Position numbers and translations under genes: made by a program
The notes under the pieces: generated by a model
Told to the model about the DNA's origin: nothing
Seen by the model: the letters and a program-made list of their open reading frames with translations, nothing else
The model's database searches: none
Assembly (NCBI GenBank): GCA_965243025.1
Contig: CBDETY010000003.1
Span: forward strand, 96,001-160,000
Source of the DNA: Candidatus Latescibacterota bacterium
GTDB lineage: Bacteria; Latescibacterota; UBA2968; UBA8231
Direction: 5' to 3'
Length of the DNA: 64,000 bases
In this document: positions 42,136 to 53,588 of the stretch, one piece after another
How positions within the stretch are numbered: position 1 is the stretch's first letter
Layout of the letters: each line of letters begins with the position of its first letter

Positions 42136-43023
42136 CACAGGGCCCGGGTGCGGGCCGAGCAGTCTTTCGACCGGGTTGCCTCCGAGCAGGATGCCGGCCG
42201 CATCCCCGAGGAGCCGGCGCAGGGGATCGAGGGATTCGCACCGGTCCGCCAGGGCCCGCAGCACCCAGACCTCCTCCCGCGGCCGGGAGTGGGCGACGAG
42301 AAGGCCGGACTCCCCGGACGCCGCGGGGCCGCCAGCGGCGGCAGGCGGGATGCTCTCTTCCAGCCGCTCTGCAAGGGAGCGGAAACGGCGGCTGTCGGGG
42401 CGGCCGACGGCGCAGGCGTTGAGGAGGGCGGTGCCGCGGCCGAAGGCCCCGGCCGAGTCCGGCGGGGTCTCGTCCGGCCGCGACCGGTAGCGCTCCAGGA
42501 GGACCGTCCTGCCGTCGACGAGGACGTCGATGTCGGAGCGGTACTCGCGGTAGGCGAAGCGCTCGCCGCGCAGGACCCTGCCGGCGGTGTGCCCGTCCGC
42601 GAGCAGGAGCACGGCATCCCCCTCCAGGCTCCAGCGCTGCCGCTGGCGGTAGATGCTGCCGGCGAACGGCACCACCGGGTCCGGCATGACCACCGCGGTC
42701 CCGCCGTCGGCCACGTCGCCGCGCACATCCTGGCGGCAGCCGTCGCCGGCGGGGCACCTGTACACCTTGCCGAGGGCCTGGGTGCCGAGGAAGAGGGCGG
42801 CCCCCGGACCGCAGCGCACCTCGAGGTCGACGGCGTCCCCCTCGACCAGGCCGCCGCCGTAGGAGGAGAGGATCACCGGGCAGTACCCCTCCGCGGCGCG
42901 CGGGTTGAGCAGCTTGAGCGGGGGGACCGAACGGCAGCGGGTCAGTCTCGAGACGCCGCCGCAGCGCTCGACGGCGGCGAGGGAATGCTGCCCCTGCGAC
43001 GGGGTTCCGGATTCGTCGGTCAC
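42127..43023 (-). CDS. ureD: Urease accessory protein D
   Basis: PLKLLNP, SSYGGGLVEGD, GTQALGKVY and PDPVVPFAGSIYRQ motifs. Confidence 0.9.
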   Translation of the reverse strand: MTDESGTPSQGQHSLAAVERCGGVSRLTRCRSVPPLKLLNPRAAEGYCPVILSSYGGGLVEGDAVDLEVRCGPGAALFLGTQALGKVYRCPAGDGCRQDVRGDVADGGTAVVMPDPVVPFAGSIYRQRQRWSLEGDAVLLLADGHTAGRVLRGERFAYREYRSDIDVLVDGRTVLLERYRSRPDETPPDSAGAFGRGTALLNACAVGRPDSRRFRSLAERLEESIPPAAAGGPAASGESGLLVAHSRPREEVWVLRALADRCESLDPLRRLLGDAAGILLGGNPVERLLGPHPGPVRQ

Positions 43024-43046
43024 GCTGGAGGGGCTGCCGGCAGGGC

Positions 43047-43087
43047 AAAAAAGAGGCAGGCCGTCGCCGGGACGGCCTGCCTTCTTT
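43047..43087 (-). terminator. Rho-independent terminator after glnA
   Basis: 12-bp stem AGGCAGGCCGTC/GACGGCCTGCCT followed by CTTTTTT on the minus strand. Confidence 0.8.
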
Positions 43088-43135
43088 CGGATTGGACGGC
43101 GCTCGGCTTCGAACGCCGGCCGGAGTTGCCCAGCC

Positions 43136-44620
43136 TTACACCATGTCGTAGTAGAGGGCGAACTCGTACGGGTGGGGCCGCAGCCGAATGGCGTCGATCT
43201 CCTCTTCCCGCTTGTAGTCGATCCAGGCCTGGATCACGTCCTCGGTGAACACGTCCCCCTTGAGCAGGTACTCGTGATCCTTCTCGAGGGCGTCCATCGC
43301 CTCGTCGAGCGACGCCGGGGTCAGCGGCACCGATTCGCGCTCCTCGGCGGACAGCTCGTAGATGTCGGTGTCCATCGGATCGCCCGGGTCGATCTTGTTG
43401 AGCACCCCGTCGAGGCCGGCCATCAGCATGGCCGACATCCCCAGGTACAGGTTGCAGCTGGGATCGGGGCAGCGGAACTCGACCCGCTTGGCCTTGGGGC
43501 TGGCCGAGTACATCGGGATGCGGCAGGCGGCGCTGCGGTTGCGCTGCGAGTACGCGAGGTTCACCGGCGCTTCGTACCCGGGAACCAGGCGGCGGTAGGA
43601 GTTGGTGGTCGGGTTGGTGAAAGCCAGAAGGGAGGCAGCGTGCTTGAGCAGGCCGCCGATGTAGTGCAGCGCCATCTCGCTCAGCCCGGCGTAGCCGTTG
43701 CCGGCGAACAGCGGCCGGCCCCCCTTCCACAGGCTCTGGTGGGTGTGCATGCCGGTGCCGTTGTCCTCGAACAGGGGCTTGGGCATGAAGGTCGCGGTCT
43801 TGTTGTGTTTCCTGGCGACGTTTTTGACGACGTACTTGTAGATCATCATCTGGTCGCCGCAGCTGACCAGCGGACAGAAGCGGATGTCGATCTCTCCCTG
43901 CCCGGCGGTGCCGACCTCGTGGTGCTGGAGCTCGACGTCGACGCCGGCCTCCATCATCGTCAGCACCATTTCAGAGCGGATGTCCTGCAGCGTGTCGTGC
44001 GGGGGCACCGGGAAATAGCCGCCCTTGTAGGGAGGCTTGTACCCGAGGTTGGGCTGCTCGTCGGCGCCGGAGTTCCAGCGGCCTTCGACGGAGTCGATGA
44101 AGTGGAAGGAGGAGTGCGCGTTCTGGTCGTACTGGATGCTGTCGAAGACGAAGAACTCCGCCTCCGGGCCGAAGTACGCGGTGTCGGCGAGGCCGGTGGA
44201 CTTCAGGTAGGCCTCCGCCCGCCTGGCGACGTTGCGCGGATCTCGGCCGTAGTCCTCGCGCGTGATGGGATCGACGATGTCGCAGATGATCGACAGGGTC
44301 GGGACCTCGCAGAAGGGATCGCGGAAAGCGGTGGCCGGATCGGGCATGACGAGCATGTCGCTCTCGTCGATCGACTGCCAGCCGCGGATGCTGGAGCCGT
44401 CGAACCCGAGGCCGTCGCTGAACATGTCCTCTTCCAGCGTCGAGGCCGGAATCGAGAAGTGCTGCCAGGTTCCTGGGAAGTCGACGAACTTGAAATCGAT
44501 CATCTGCACGCCCTGTGCCTTGGCGGCGGCGACGACCGATCTCGCGGTGGCGGCCGGGGCCGCCTTGGCTTTCGCTTTCGACTTGGGTGAAGCTTTGGTC
44601 TTCGGTTTGGCTTTTGCCAT
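43136..44620 (-). CDS. glnA: Glutamine synthetase type I
   Basis: [32 protein letters not shown] and RVEFRCPDP motifs; Lys/Ala-rich N-terminal extension. Confidence 0.97.
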   Translation of the reverse strand: MAKAKPKTKASPKSKAKAKAAPAATARSVVAAAKAQGVQMIDFKFVDFPGTWQHFSIPASTLEEDMFSDGLGFDGSSIRGWQSIDESDMLVMPDPATAFRDPFCEVPTLSIICDIVDPITREDYGRDPRNVARRAEAYLKSTGLADTAYFGPEAEFFVFDSIQYDQNAHSSFHFIDSVEGRWNSGADEQPNLGYKPPYKGGYFPVPPHDTLQDIRSEMVLTMMEAGVDVELQHHEVGTAGQGEIDIRFCPLVSCGDQMMIYKYVVKNVARKHNKTATFMPKPLFEDNGTGMHTHQSLWKGGRPLFAGNGYAGLSEMALHYIGGLLKHAASLLAFTNPTTNSYRRLVPGYEAPVNLAYSQRNRSAACRIPMYSASPKAKRVEFRCPDPSCNLYLGMSAMLMAGLDGVLNKIDPGDPMDTDIYELSAEERESVPLTPASLDEAMDALEKDHEYLLKGDVFTEDVIQAWIDYKREEEIDAIRLRPHPYEFALYYDMV

Positions 44621-44775
44621 TGTGGTTCCTCCGTGGGGAAAAGGGTGCGTTGGCAGTCCGCAGTGGGTTGGAAACGGGAGAATCCGGCGGGTGAAAAACA
44701 GCCCGTGAATATAGCGGGGATCTCACCCGCATCAACGGCCTGGAGGGCCGCTGCGGAAAAAGCGCGTCATGGAGA

Positions 44776-44803
44776 AGCCCCGGGGCGGCGACCCCCCGGG
44801 GCT
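44776..44803. terminator. GC-rich hairpin downstream of the porin gene
   Basis: AGCCCCGGGG-N8-CCCCGGGGCT; weak U-tract. Confidence 0.4.
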
Positions 44804-44854
44804 GTTCGGTATCCCGCCGTGCGTGCCGGCGGTCGGGCGACTTGTCCCGGGGGG

Positions 44855-45505
44855 CTACAGACCCTTCATCAATACCAGGTAGGACTGCTCGGTATCGGGG
44901 TTGAGGATGTACGAAGCGGAGTAGTCCCCCATCGAGACGCCGATGCCGACGTTGATCAGCGCCGGATCCCCGGAGCTGGTGTAGTACGACTCGGTGCCCA
45001 GTCCCGCGAACAGCCCGGCGGAGACGTCGTCGCCGGACATGAACTCGTAGCCGACCTCGGCGTAGACCGGGGTCGTGCCCGCGGCCCCGAGGAAGATCAG
45101 GGCTCCGGTAACGCTCAGCGGTCCGCTGGCGAAGGAGACCATCGCCTCGAGCTGATGAACCGCGTCGTCGTCGTCGTAGTTGAAGAACTCCGTTCCCCCC
45201 CCGTTGGGGAAGTAGTAGTCGCTCAGGGTGATCGAGACCGGCCCCGTCGAGTAGCTGACGTACAGGTCGTTCTCGTTGGCCCCGCTCGAGGTCAGCGACC
45301 AGGACGACCAGGCCCCGATCTCGATGCCGGCCTCGGTCGCGTACGACAGGTACGGCTGAATGACGAAGCTGTCGTCGAGGCTGAGGCCGCGCCAGATGTA
45401 GCGGGTCGCGGCGTCCGCCCCGACTCCGAACTCGGCGTGCGCCGGCACTGAAACCACCGCGGCCAGCGCGGCTGCGTAGAATGCTGCGAGAATCCTGCGT
45501 GCCAT
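44855..45505 (-). CDS. TorF-like putative outer-membrane porin
   Basis: Signal peptide; RYIWRG..IQP..GAWSS..ENDLYVSY motifs; lies next to glnK-amtB. Confidence 0.7.
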   Translation of the reverse strand: MARRILAAFYAAALAAVVSVPAHAEFGVGADAATRYIWRGLSLDDSFVIQPYLSYATEAGIEIGAWSSWSLTSSGANENDLYVSYSTGPVSITLSDYYFPNGGGTEFFNYDDDDAVHQLEAMVSFASGPLSVTGALIFLGAAGTTPVYAEVGYEFMSGDDVSAGLFAGLGTESYYTSSGDPALINVGIGVSMGDYSASYILNPDTEQSYLVLMKGL

Positions 45506-45707
45506 TTTCCCCTCCTGTTGGTGTGTGGCACCCCTGGCTGAGGGTGCCGGGCTCAAGGGATCTGTGGTAAATGAAAAGCTTTAGTTCCGTTTACAGACAG
45601 GAGTTTCGCAAAAGGAGCGCCGCCGCCACCCTGGTACTGCACCCTTGAGTACCCACGGGAGGTGGATTCTGCGGGCGGCGGCGGCAATCTCCGGCTCCTT
45701 GCCGCGG

Positions 45708-46046
45708 CTACAGGGCGCTGTCCCCGGTCTCACCGGTGCGGATGCGCACCGCCTGGTCGACCGGCACCACGAACACCTTGCCGTCGCCGACGTTTCCGGT
45801 CTGGGCGGCCTCGGCGATCTTCGACACCGCCCGGTCGCGCTCGTTCTCCCCGACCACGACCTCGACCTTGATCTTGGGAACGAAGTCGACGGCGTACTCG
45901 GCTCCCCGGTAGACCTCGCGGTGGCCGCGCTGGCGGCCGAACCCCCGCACCTCCAGCACCGACATTCCGGCGATACCGATTCCGGCGAGCCCCTCCTGGA
46001 CCTTCTCCAGGGCGTTGGGACGCAGGAACGCTTCGATCTTGTACAT
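45708..46046 (-). CDS. glnK: P-II nitrogen regulator
   Basis: GFGRQRGHREVYRGAEY, GDGKVFV and RIRTGE motifs; adjacent to amtB. Confidence 0.95.
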   Translation of the reverse strand: MYKIEAFLRPNALEKVQEGLAGIGIAGMSVLEVRGFGRQRGHREVYRGAEYAVDFVPKIKVEVVVGENERDRAVSKIAEAAQTGNVGDGKVFVVPVDQAVRIRTGETGDSAL

Positions 46047-46075
46047 GACTCTCTCCTCCCCGGGGACTAAGGCCT

Positions 46076-47482
46076 TCAGGCGGTTTCGGGTTTGACGCCG
46101 GCTCCTCGCGGGGCCGACTCAATGACAATTTTGCCGCCCTCGGCGGCCCCGGCCGCCTTGATCAGGGAATCCAGCGACTGGTCGTGGTAGGCCGCCATGC
46201 CGTGCTCGACGACGTCGAGGCCCTCCTCCTCGTCCTCCGGGGAGACCCTGAGGCCGACGGTGGCCTTGATTGCCGAGAACAGGGCGAGGGCAGCGGCGAA
46301 GGTGAACAGGAAGATGGCGCCGATACCGGTCAGCTGGGTGACGGCGCTGGCCGCCTCCCCGGGCCGGCAGAAGAAGGGAATGGCGCAGGCGAAGGTGCCC
46401 CAGGCCCCGCACACCCCGTGCACGGAGATGGCGCCCACCGGGTCGTCGACCTTGATCCTGTCGAAAAAGAGGACGGAGAAGACCACGATGACGCCGGCGA
46501 TGAACCCGGTAAGCAGTCCCCCGAACGGGGTCATGGTGTAGCAGCCGGCGGTGATTCCGACGAGGCCTGCCAGGGCGCCGTTGAGGGCCATGGATACGTC
46601 GGGCTTGCCGAAGCGGATCCAGCTGGTCGCCATGGCGCCGATTGCCCCGGCGGCCGCGGCGAGATTGGTGACGAAGGCGATGCGGGCGAAGTTGCCGCCG
46701 TCCATCGAGGTGGTCGAGCCGGCGTTGAAGCCGAACCACCCGAGCCAGAGGATGAACACCCCCATGGCGGCCAGCGGCATGCTGTGGCCGACGATGGCGT
46801 TGGCGCTGCCGTCGGCGTTGAACTTGCCCTTGCGGGCCCCGAGAACGATGGCCCCGGCAAGGGCCGCCCAGCCGCCGACGCTGTGGACGACGGTCGAGCC
46901 GGCGAAGTCGACGAACCCGAGCCCCTCGAGCCAGCCGCCCCCGTGCCAGAGGCCGCCCCATGCCCAGGAGCCGGTGATCGGATAGATGATTCCGGTGATT
47001 ACTACGCTGTATATCAAATAGGAGGAAAACCGGGTGCGCTCCGCCATGGCGCCCGAGACGATGGTCGCCGCGGTGGCCGCGAACACCGTCTGGAAGATCA
47101 GGAAGGAGTACATCCAGTTGGGATCTTCACCGAAGGCCTCGGCATCCGGGTTGGGGAAGAACTCCCCCCAGCCGAAGAGCCCGGTGGTGGCGCTGAACAT
47201 CAGCCCGAACCCGACGGCCCAGAAGGCGATGGCCCCGACGGAGAAGTCCATCAGGTTCTTCATCAGGATGTTGACGGTGTTCTTGGCGCGCGTGAACCCC
47301 GACTCGACGAGGGCGAATCCCGCCTGCATGAAGAACACGAGGAAGGCGGCTACGCAGGTCCAGTACCAGTCGATCTGGGACGCGAGTCCGGAGAGTTGAG
47401 TGGCGACGTCCGTGGTTTCGGCGGCGGCAGCGGCCGGCGCCATGGCCGCGGCCAGTGTCAGGGGAACGAGCAGGGTCCGCAT
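46076..47482 (-). CDS. amtB: Ammonium transporter
   Basis: FMQAGFALVESG, DFAGSTVVH, WFGFNAGS and DDPVGAISVHG motifs. Confidence 0.97.
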   Translation of the reverse strand: MRTLLVPLTLAAAMAPAAAAAETTDVATQLSGLASQIDWYWTCVAAFLVFFMQAGFALVESGFTRAKNTVNILMKNLMDFSVGAIAFWAVGFGLMFSATTGLFGWGEFFPNPDAEAFGEDPNWMYSFLIFQTVFAATAATIVSGAMAERTRFSSYLIYSVVITGIIYPITGSWAWGGLWHGGGWLEGLGFVDFAGSTVVHSVGGWAALAGAIVLGARKGKFNADGSANAIVGHSMPLAAMGVFILWLGWFGFNAGSTTSMDGGNFARIAFVTNLAAAAGAIGAMATSWIRFGKPDVSMALNGALAGLVGITAGCYTMTPFGGLLTGFIAGVIVVFSVLFFDRIKVDDPVGAISVHGVCGAWGTFACAIPFFCRPGEAASAVTQLTGIGAIFLFTFAAALALFSAIKATVGLRVSPEDEEEGLDVVEHGMAAYHDQSLDSLIKAAGAAEGGKIVIESAPRGAGVKPETA

Positions 47483-47559
47483 TCCGGCTCCTTTCGATGC
47501 GGTTCGGAAAATGGTCTGGTGCGATCGCTATCGGGTTAACGATCTCAGCCACTTCGGAA

Positions 47560-47575
47560 TGCAAACGCGGTGCCA
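47560..47575 (-). promoter_or_regulatory. sigma54 promoter of amtB-glnK
   Basis: Minus strand TGGCACCGCGTTTGCA, near consensus. Confidence 0.9.
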
Positions 47576-47640
47576 GGCGCCCGAGTGTTCGATGCCGGGA
47601 AACACAAGTAGCGTGTTTACAACAGGTTGTCTTCGATTTT

Positions 47641-47712
47641 CTACAGCTTTGGAGGCAGTGGAATCAAGCAACAATCATGTTACAATTGGATTTTTTGGCG
47701 ACAAAAATGTAG
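47641..47712. promoter_or_regulatory. ACA-N4-TGT palindromes; candidate enhancer
   Basis: CAACAATCATGTTA (47669) and CGACAAAAATGTAG (47699), 30 bp apart; a weaker CTACAGCTTTGGAG at 47641. Confidence 0.65.
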
Positions 47713-47780
47713 GAACACGGAGCTGTACTGATTGCGGGGATGGATCGGTGCCGGATGCAAGTATCCCTGCGGCGGGGCAC

Positions 47781-49322
<1,542 letters not shown>

Positions 49323-49380
49323 GGTCAGAACCTCTTTCAATCAGTAGAGAACCCGATTGTCGAGAACCGGATTCGGCGGA

Positions 49381-49424
49381 CGACAAAATCGTAGATAAAC
49401 GAAAATTTAACTACAAAAGTGTAT
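49381..49424. promoter_or_regulatory. Paired ACA-N4-(T/C)GT sites 30 bp apart; candidate autoregulatory operator
   Basis: CGACAAAATCGTAG (49381) and CTACAAAAGTGTAT (49411). Confidence 0.6.
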
Positions 49425-49430
49425 TATTCC

Positions 49431-49459
49431 AGGATAGGGGCGAAGCCGGAGGAGGTCAA
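49431..49459 (-). promoter_or_regulatory. sigma70-type promoter of the NifA-like gene
   Basis: TTGACC-N17-TATCCT on the minus strand. Confidence 0.55.
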
Positions 49460-49479
49460 GCGGGGGAGGCTGCAGCCGG

Positions 49480-49508
49480 TTGACTTTTGCCAGGCGCCGG
49501 GATATCGT
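49480..49508 (+). promoter_or_regulatory. sigma70-type promoter of the divergent gene
   Basis: TTGACT-N17-TATCGT. Confidence 0.55.
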
Positions 49509-49554
49509 AACGCAGTCGCTGCAACAGGACCGGTGCTACCTCGCAGGTGATGCC

Positions 49555-50319
49555 ATGGATATGGACAAGGATCTGCTCAAGCTGCTCGACAACTGGGAGT
49601 ACGATCCGGACTCGAACGTCCGCAAGATTGTCGGCGACGACGGCATTCAGAAGATCCAGGTGCGGGTCGACCAGGGGGCCTTCCAGGGCATCCTGCAGCT
49701 GAATCTCGACGGCCGGCCCGACGGCAAGCGGCCCCACGATTCCGACTTCGCCCTCGACCACTACCGCGGCGCCCTCGAGAGCCACCGCAGCCGCAACTCC
49801 GGGCGCGACGAGGGGTTCAACCTCGGCCGCGAAAGCTGCCAGGAGCTGTTCGACGAGGGGGCCCGCGTGTACGGCCGCTACGTCTTCCTGCTGCAGCTCA
49901 AGGACTACGGCCGCGTCATCAGGGACACCGAGCGCAACATGGAGCTGTTCCGCTTCGTGCACCGCTACGCCTCGCACGAAGACGACCGCATGAACCTGCA
50001 GAAGTGGTGGCCCTACGTCCTGCGCATCCACGCGACCGCCAAGGCGATGCTCGCCGCCCGCAACGGCGATTACGACGAGGCCATCGCCCGGGTCCACCGG
50101 GCCCGCGAGGAGATCGAGGAGCTGCCGGAGGTCGAGGCGGAGGAGTTCTTCGCCGAGAAGGAACGCTCGCAGCAGGCCCTCGACGAGCTCGAAGAGGAGC
50201 TGCGGGAGAACAAGCCGCTGAGCAAGGAAGAAAAGCTCAAGCGGGCCCTTCAGGAGGCGGTCGAGCGCGAGGACTTCGAGCGCGCCGCCGACATCCGCGA
50301 CCGCCTAAAGGGGCTGTAG
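49555..50319 (+). CDS. UvrB/UvrC-motif-containing protein
   Basis: LDGRPDGKRPH conserved block; C-terminal LQEAVEREDFERAADIRDRL (UVR coiled coil). Confidence 0.8.
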   Translation: MDMDKDLLKLLDNWEYDPDSNVRKIVGDDGIQKIQVRVDQGAFQGILQLNLDGRPDGKRPHDSDFALDHYRGALESHRSRNSGRDEGFNLGRESCQELFDEGARVYGRYVFLLQLKDYGRVIRDTERNMELFRFVHRYASHEDDRMNLQKWWPYVLRIHATAKAMLAARNGDYDEAIARVHRAREEIEELPEVEAEEFFAEKERSQQALDELEEELRENKPLSKEEKLKRALQEAVEREDFERAADIRDRLKGL

Positions 50320-50553
50320 CCCGCCTCCCGGTCCCGGAACCCGACCCCGACGAAATCCCGCCGCCCCGGGTGCCCGGGGCCGGACCCTGCCCGGAGGGCG
50401 CCTCCACAAACGGCGCGCCGAAGCATCCGGCGCGGCTGCGTACATTTGGAAGGGAGCTGGGAAGCAGACAGGCGCAAGGCAGTGAAGACCCGGTAGCCGC
50501 CCGAGGCCGGTCCGTTCGGCAACGGCAGCCGCCGGGAGAATCAGAGGTTCCTG

Positions 50554-51903
50554 ATGAGAACCCTGGACAACCTGAAACCCGGACCGGGCCGCCGGGAGGA
50601 ACGCCGCCGGCTCGTCTGGATGTTCGCCCTCTCCTTCGCCCTCCACCTGCTGCCGTTCGCCCTCTGGAAACCCGGCCCTCCTGCGGCGCCGCTGCCGGTC
50701 CTGCAGGAGGAGAAGTTCGTCAAGCGTTCGCTGCCCCTGCGCCGGCCGCTGGAGCGCTCGCGGCTCCCGAAGAAGATGCAGCGTCCCCTGGTGCGGAGGC
50801 CGGCCCTGCGGCCCGCCCCGGCCGCGGCGGCCAGCCCGGTGCCGCTGACCACCCGGCGGCAGGGATTGCAGGGTCTGCCGATCCCCATCGTCGAGGCCCC
50901 GAGGCCGGCGACCGAACCGCTCGTCCTCCTTCCGGCGCTGCCCGACCGCCGCATCGGCCCCTCGCTACAGCCCGGGGCGGTGACCGGGTCCCGCACCGGC
51001 GAGGAGGAGATCGACCTCGGCCTCGAGATGATGGACGTCGAGGCGCTCGACACCGGCGGCCACCGCAGCGTCGTGGTCGTCGATCCCGCCGACAGGACCG
51101 CTTTGAAGGGGTTCCTGTACCTGTCGGGGGTGTACAGCGAATCGATGGAGCGCGCCGAGGAGGCCTCGGGCCGGCCGCGCAGCGGCTTCGTCTCCCGCCG
51201 CGTCGCCGAGCGCCGCAGCCTGCACGGCCTGTCCGACAAGATGACCGAGCACACCGGGGTGCGCACCGAGGTCCTCGACGGCCTCTCCCTCGACGACGCG
51301 CGGCTCCTCGGGGTGCCGTTCCTGTTGTTGACCAGCACCTTCACCTTCCCCTTCACCGACTCCGAGGCCCGCAACCTCGGCCGCTACCTGACCTCGGGGG
51401 GCTTCGTCTTCGCCGACGTCGCCGACCGGGGCGGGCGGCCGCTCAAGGGAAACTACGACCTGCCGGCGCTGCGCAGCTTCATCCGCGCCGCCTTTTCCCG
51501 GGTCGGCTTCAGGGAGGGAAAGGACTGGGGTTTCGCGCGCCTCGAGATGTCCCACCCCGTCTACCGCTGCTTCTTCGACATCGACACCCTGCCGGGGGGC
51601 TTCAGGGACAAGCGCCGGTACGACTCCTACCACACCCCGGATTTCGATCCGTCGCCGGACTACCTGGAGGGGATCGAGGTCGGCGGCCGCCTCGCCGGCA
51701 TCTACTCCATGAAGAACTACACCGATTTCTGGGGAGGGGAGGCGGAACGCATCAGGGAGGAGGATGAGGCGGGGAACATAGCGGGCAAGTTCACCATCAG
51801 CGCGGAGGAGCTCTCCGCGTACGAGCTCGGGATCAACATCCTGGTCTACGCCCTGACCCGGGAGGGGACCCTGGCGCAGAAGCTGGTGGCGGTGGAGGAA
51901 TAG
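50554..51903 (+). CDS. Membrane-anchored Pro-rich protein with a DUF4159-like domain
   Basis: N-terminal TM SFALH; Pro-rich linker; EARNLGRYLTSGGFVFAD, HPVYRCFFD and LGINILVYALT motifs. Confidence 0.75.
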   Translation: MRTLDNLKPGPGRREERRRLVWMFALSFALHLLPFALWKPGPPAAPLPVLQEEKFVKRSLPLRRPLERSRLPKKMQRPLVRRPALRPAPAAAASPVPLTTRRQGLQGLPIPIVEAPRPATEPLVLLPALPDRRIGPSLQPGAVTGSRTGEEEIDLGLEMMDVEALDTGGHRSVVVVDPADRTALKGFLYLSGVYSESMERAEEASGRPRSGFVSRRVAERRSLHGLSDKMTEHTGVRTEVLDGLSLDDARLLGVPFLLLTSTFTFPFTDSEARNLGRYLTSGGFVFADVADRGGRPLKGNYDLPALRSFIRAAFSRVGFREGKDWGFARLEMSHPVYRCFFDIDTLPGGFRDKRRYDSYHTPDFDPSPDYLEGIEVGGRLAGIYSMKNYTDFWGGEAERIREEDEAGNIAGKFTISAEELSAYELGINILVYALTREGTLAQKLVAVEE

Positions 51904-51905
51904 GC

Positions 51906-53588
51906 ATGCCGGACCGGAACTGCAGGGGGGCGGCCGGCCGGGCATGCGGCGCCCTGGTTCTCTGCCTGGCCTGGGGTGAGGCAGAGGCCGATCGGTGGAC
52001 CCTGCGGGGCGAGGACGGCTTCGGGCCGGGAACCTTCTTCGGCACCGAGGTCGACAGCCTCGGCCGTCTCTCCCTCACCTCCCTGCGCGGAGCCAACCTC
52101 GCCCTGGGGGTGACCGGGAGGTCGGGCGAGAACAGCCTGAGCGGTTCCCGAAGCGTCACCGACGGCAGCACCGACACGGAGTGGCGTTTCAACAACCGCG
52201 CCGAGCTGCTGGGGGAATCGATAAGCCTCGACCTGGGGGGCGACCGCGGCATCACCCGGGTGCGCATCCTTCCCGGCAAGACCATTGACCAGCGCCCCCG
52301 CTTCTTCCTCAAGGGGTACCGCCTCGAGGCCGCCGCCGAATCCGCCCCCGACGACTGGGTGCTGGTGGCACGGCAGATCGAGAACACCCGTCCCGTCGTC
52401 GACACCGCTGCGGACTCGACCTGGCTCGAAGTGGACGCCGGGGGAACGCCCCTGCCGGTGCTCGGCCGCTTCCTCCGCCTGCGCGTCGCCCGCGAGGAGC
52501 CGCCGGACTGGGTGACCGTCGGGGAGATCGAGGTGTTCGGGGAGGGGTACCGCGCCGACGGGTCCTACGAGTCGCAGGTGCTCGACGCCGGGGAGCCCGT
52601 CAACTTCGGCCGCGCCCGCATCCGGGGACGCGAGGGGGCGGCCACCGGCCTGTTCGCCCAGTTCCGCACGGCGCGGGACAGCGCGGACTGGTCTCCGTGG
52701 CACCGCGCCCGCCGCTGGAGCCTCGCCGAAGGGATCGAAGGCGTCGAGTTGAAGGAGCCGGAGCCGGCCCGGTTCCTCCAGTACCGGGTGAGCATGGAGA
52801 CTGCGGACCCGCTGGCGGCGCCGGTCCTCGAGCAGTTGGAGGTCGATTTCGAGCGCCGCCTGTTCGCCGCCTCGGTGCGGGCGGAGATCGAGCCGCGGCG
52901 CCCCGTCCTCGGGGAGGAGACGGTCTTCACCTATTCCTGCCGGGTCGAGGTCGGGGAGGAGGACCTCGGCTTCGACCGCATCCGCATCGACCTGCCGGGG
53001 GAGGTGCTCGGGGTGCGCTTCGACGGCGTCCCGTTCAGCGGGGATTCCTACAGGTGGTCCCGGGACGAACGCTCCCTGCACCTGTGGCTCGACCCCGCCG
53101 GCCGGATCGCCTCCGGCGGCCTGCTCGAGGTCGATTTCGCCGGCGTGCTGCTGCGCCCGACGCGCGCGGTCGGCGCCGGCGTCGCCGTCGGCGGCCCGGA
53201 GCCGCCGAACTTCCAGCAGGTCGAGCCGGCCGCCGAGGAGGCCCTGACCCTGGTGGGACGGGGCATCGTCGCGCGCGCCCTGCCTCGGGCCGGAATCCGC
53301 ATTACCCCCAATCCCTTCAACCCCGCGCGCGGGCCCGCGCGCATCCGCTTCGATCTCGCCAAGGTGGGGATGGCGCGGCCGGTGAGCGTATCCGTCCACG
53401 ATCTCTCCGGGCGGCTCGTGCGCAGGCTGTGGGACCGCCGGCCCGCTGCGTCGGGCCGCAAGCTGGTCGAATGGGACGGCCGCGACGACGCCGGCTCTCT
53501 GGCCGTCCCCGGGATCTACCTCCTCAGGATCGAGGTCGCAGCCGACGTCGGCGACGCCTGGCAAGGCGCCATAGGGGTGCTGTATTGA
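51906..53588 (+). CDS. Secreted protein with a discoidin-like region and a C-terminal FlgD Ig domain
   Basis: PNPFNP..VHDLSGRLVRRL..WDGRDDAG..PGIYLLRI motif. Confidence 0.8.
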   Translation: MPDRNCRGAAGRACGALVLCLAWGEAEADRWTLRGEDGFGPGTFFGTEVDSLGRLSLTSLRGANLALGVTGRSGENSLSGSRSVTDGSTDTEWRFNNRAELLGESISLDLGGDRGITRVRILPGKTIDQRPRFFLKGYRLEAAAESAPDDWVLVARQIENTRPVVDTAADSTWLEVDAGGTPLPVLGRFLRLRVAREEPPDWVTVGEIEVFGEGYRADGSYESQVLDAGEPVNFGRARIRGREGAATGLFAQFRTARDSADWSPWHRARRWSLAEGIEGVELKEPEPARFLQYRVSMETADPLAAPVLEQLEVDFERRLFAASVRAEIEPRRPVLGEETVFTYSCRVEVGEEDLGFDRIRIDLPGEVLGVRFDGVPFSGDSYRWSRDERSLHLWLDPAGRIASGGLLEVDFAGVLLRPTRAVGAGVAVGGPEPPNFQQVEPAAEEALTLVGRGIVARALPRAGIRITPNPFNPARGPARIRFDLAKVGMARPVSVSVHDLSGRLVRRLWDRRPAASGRKLVEWDGRDDAGSLAVPGIYLLRIEVAADVGDAWQGAIGVLY

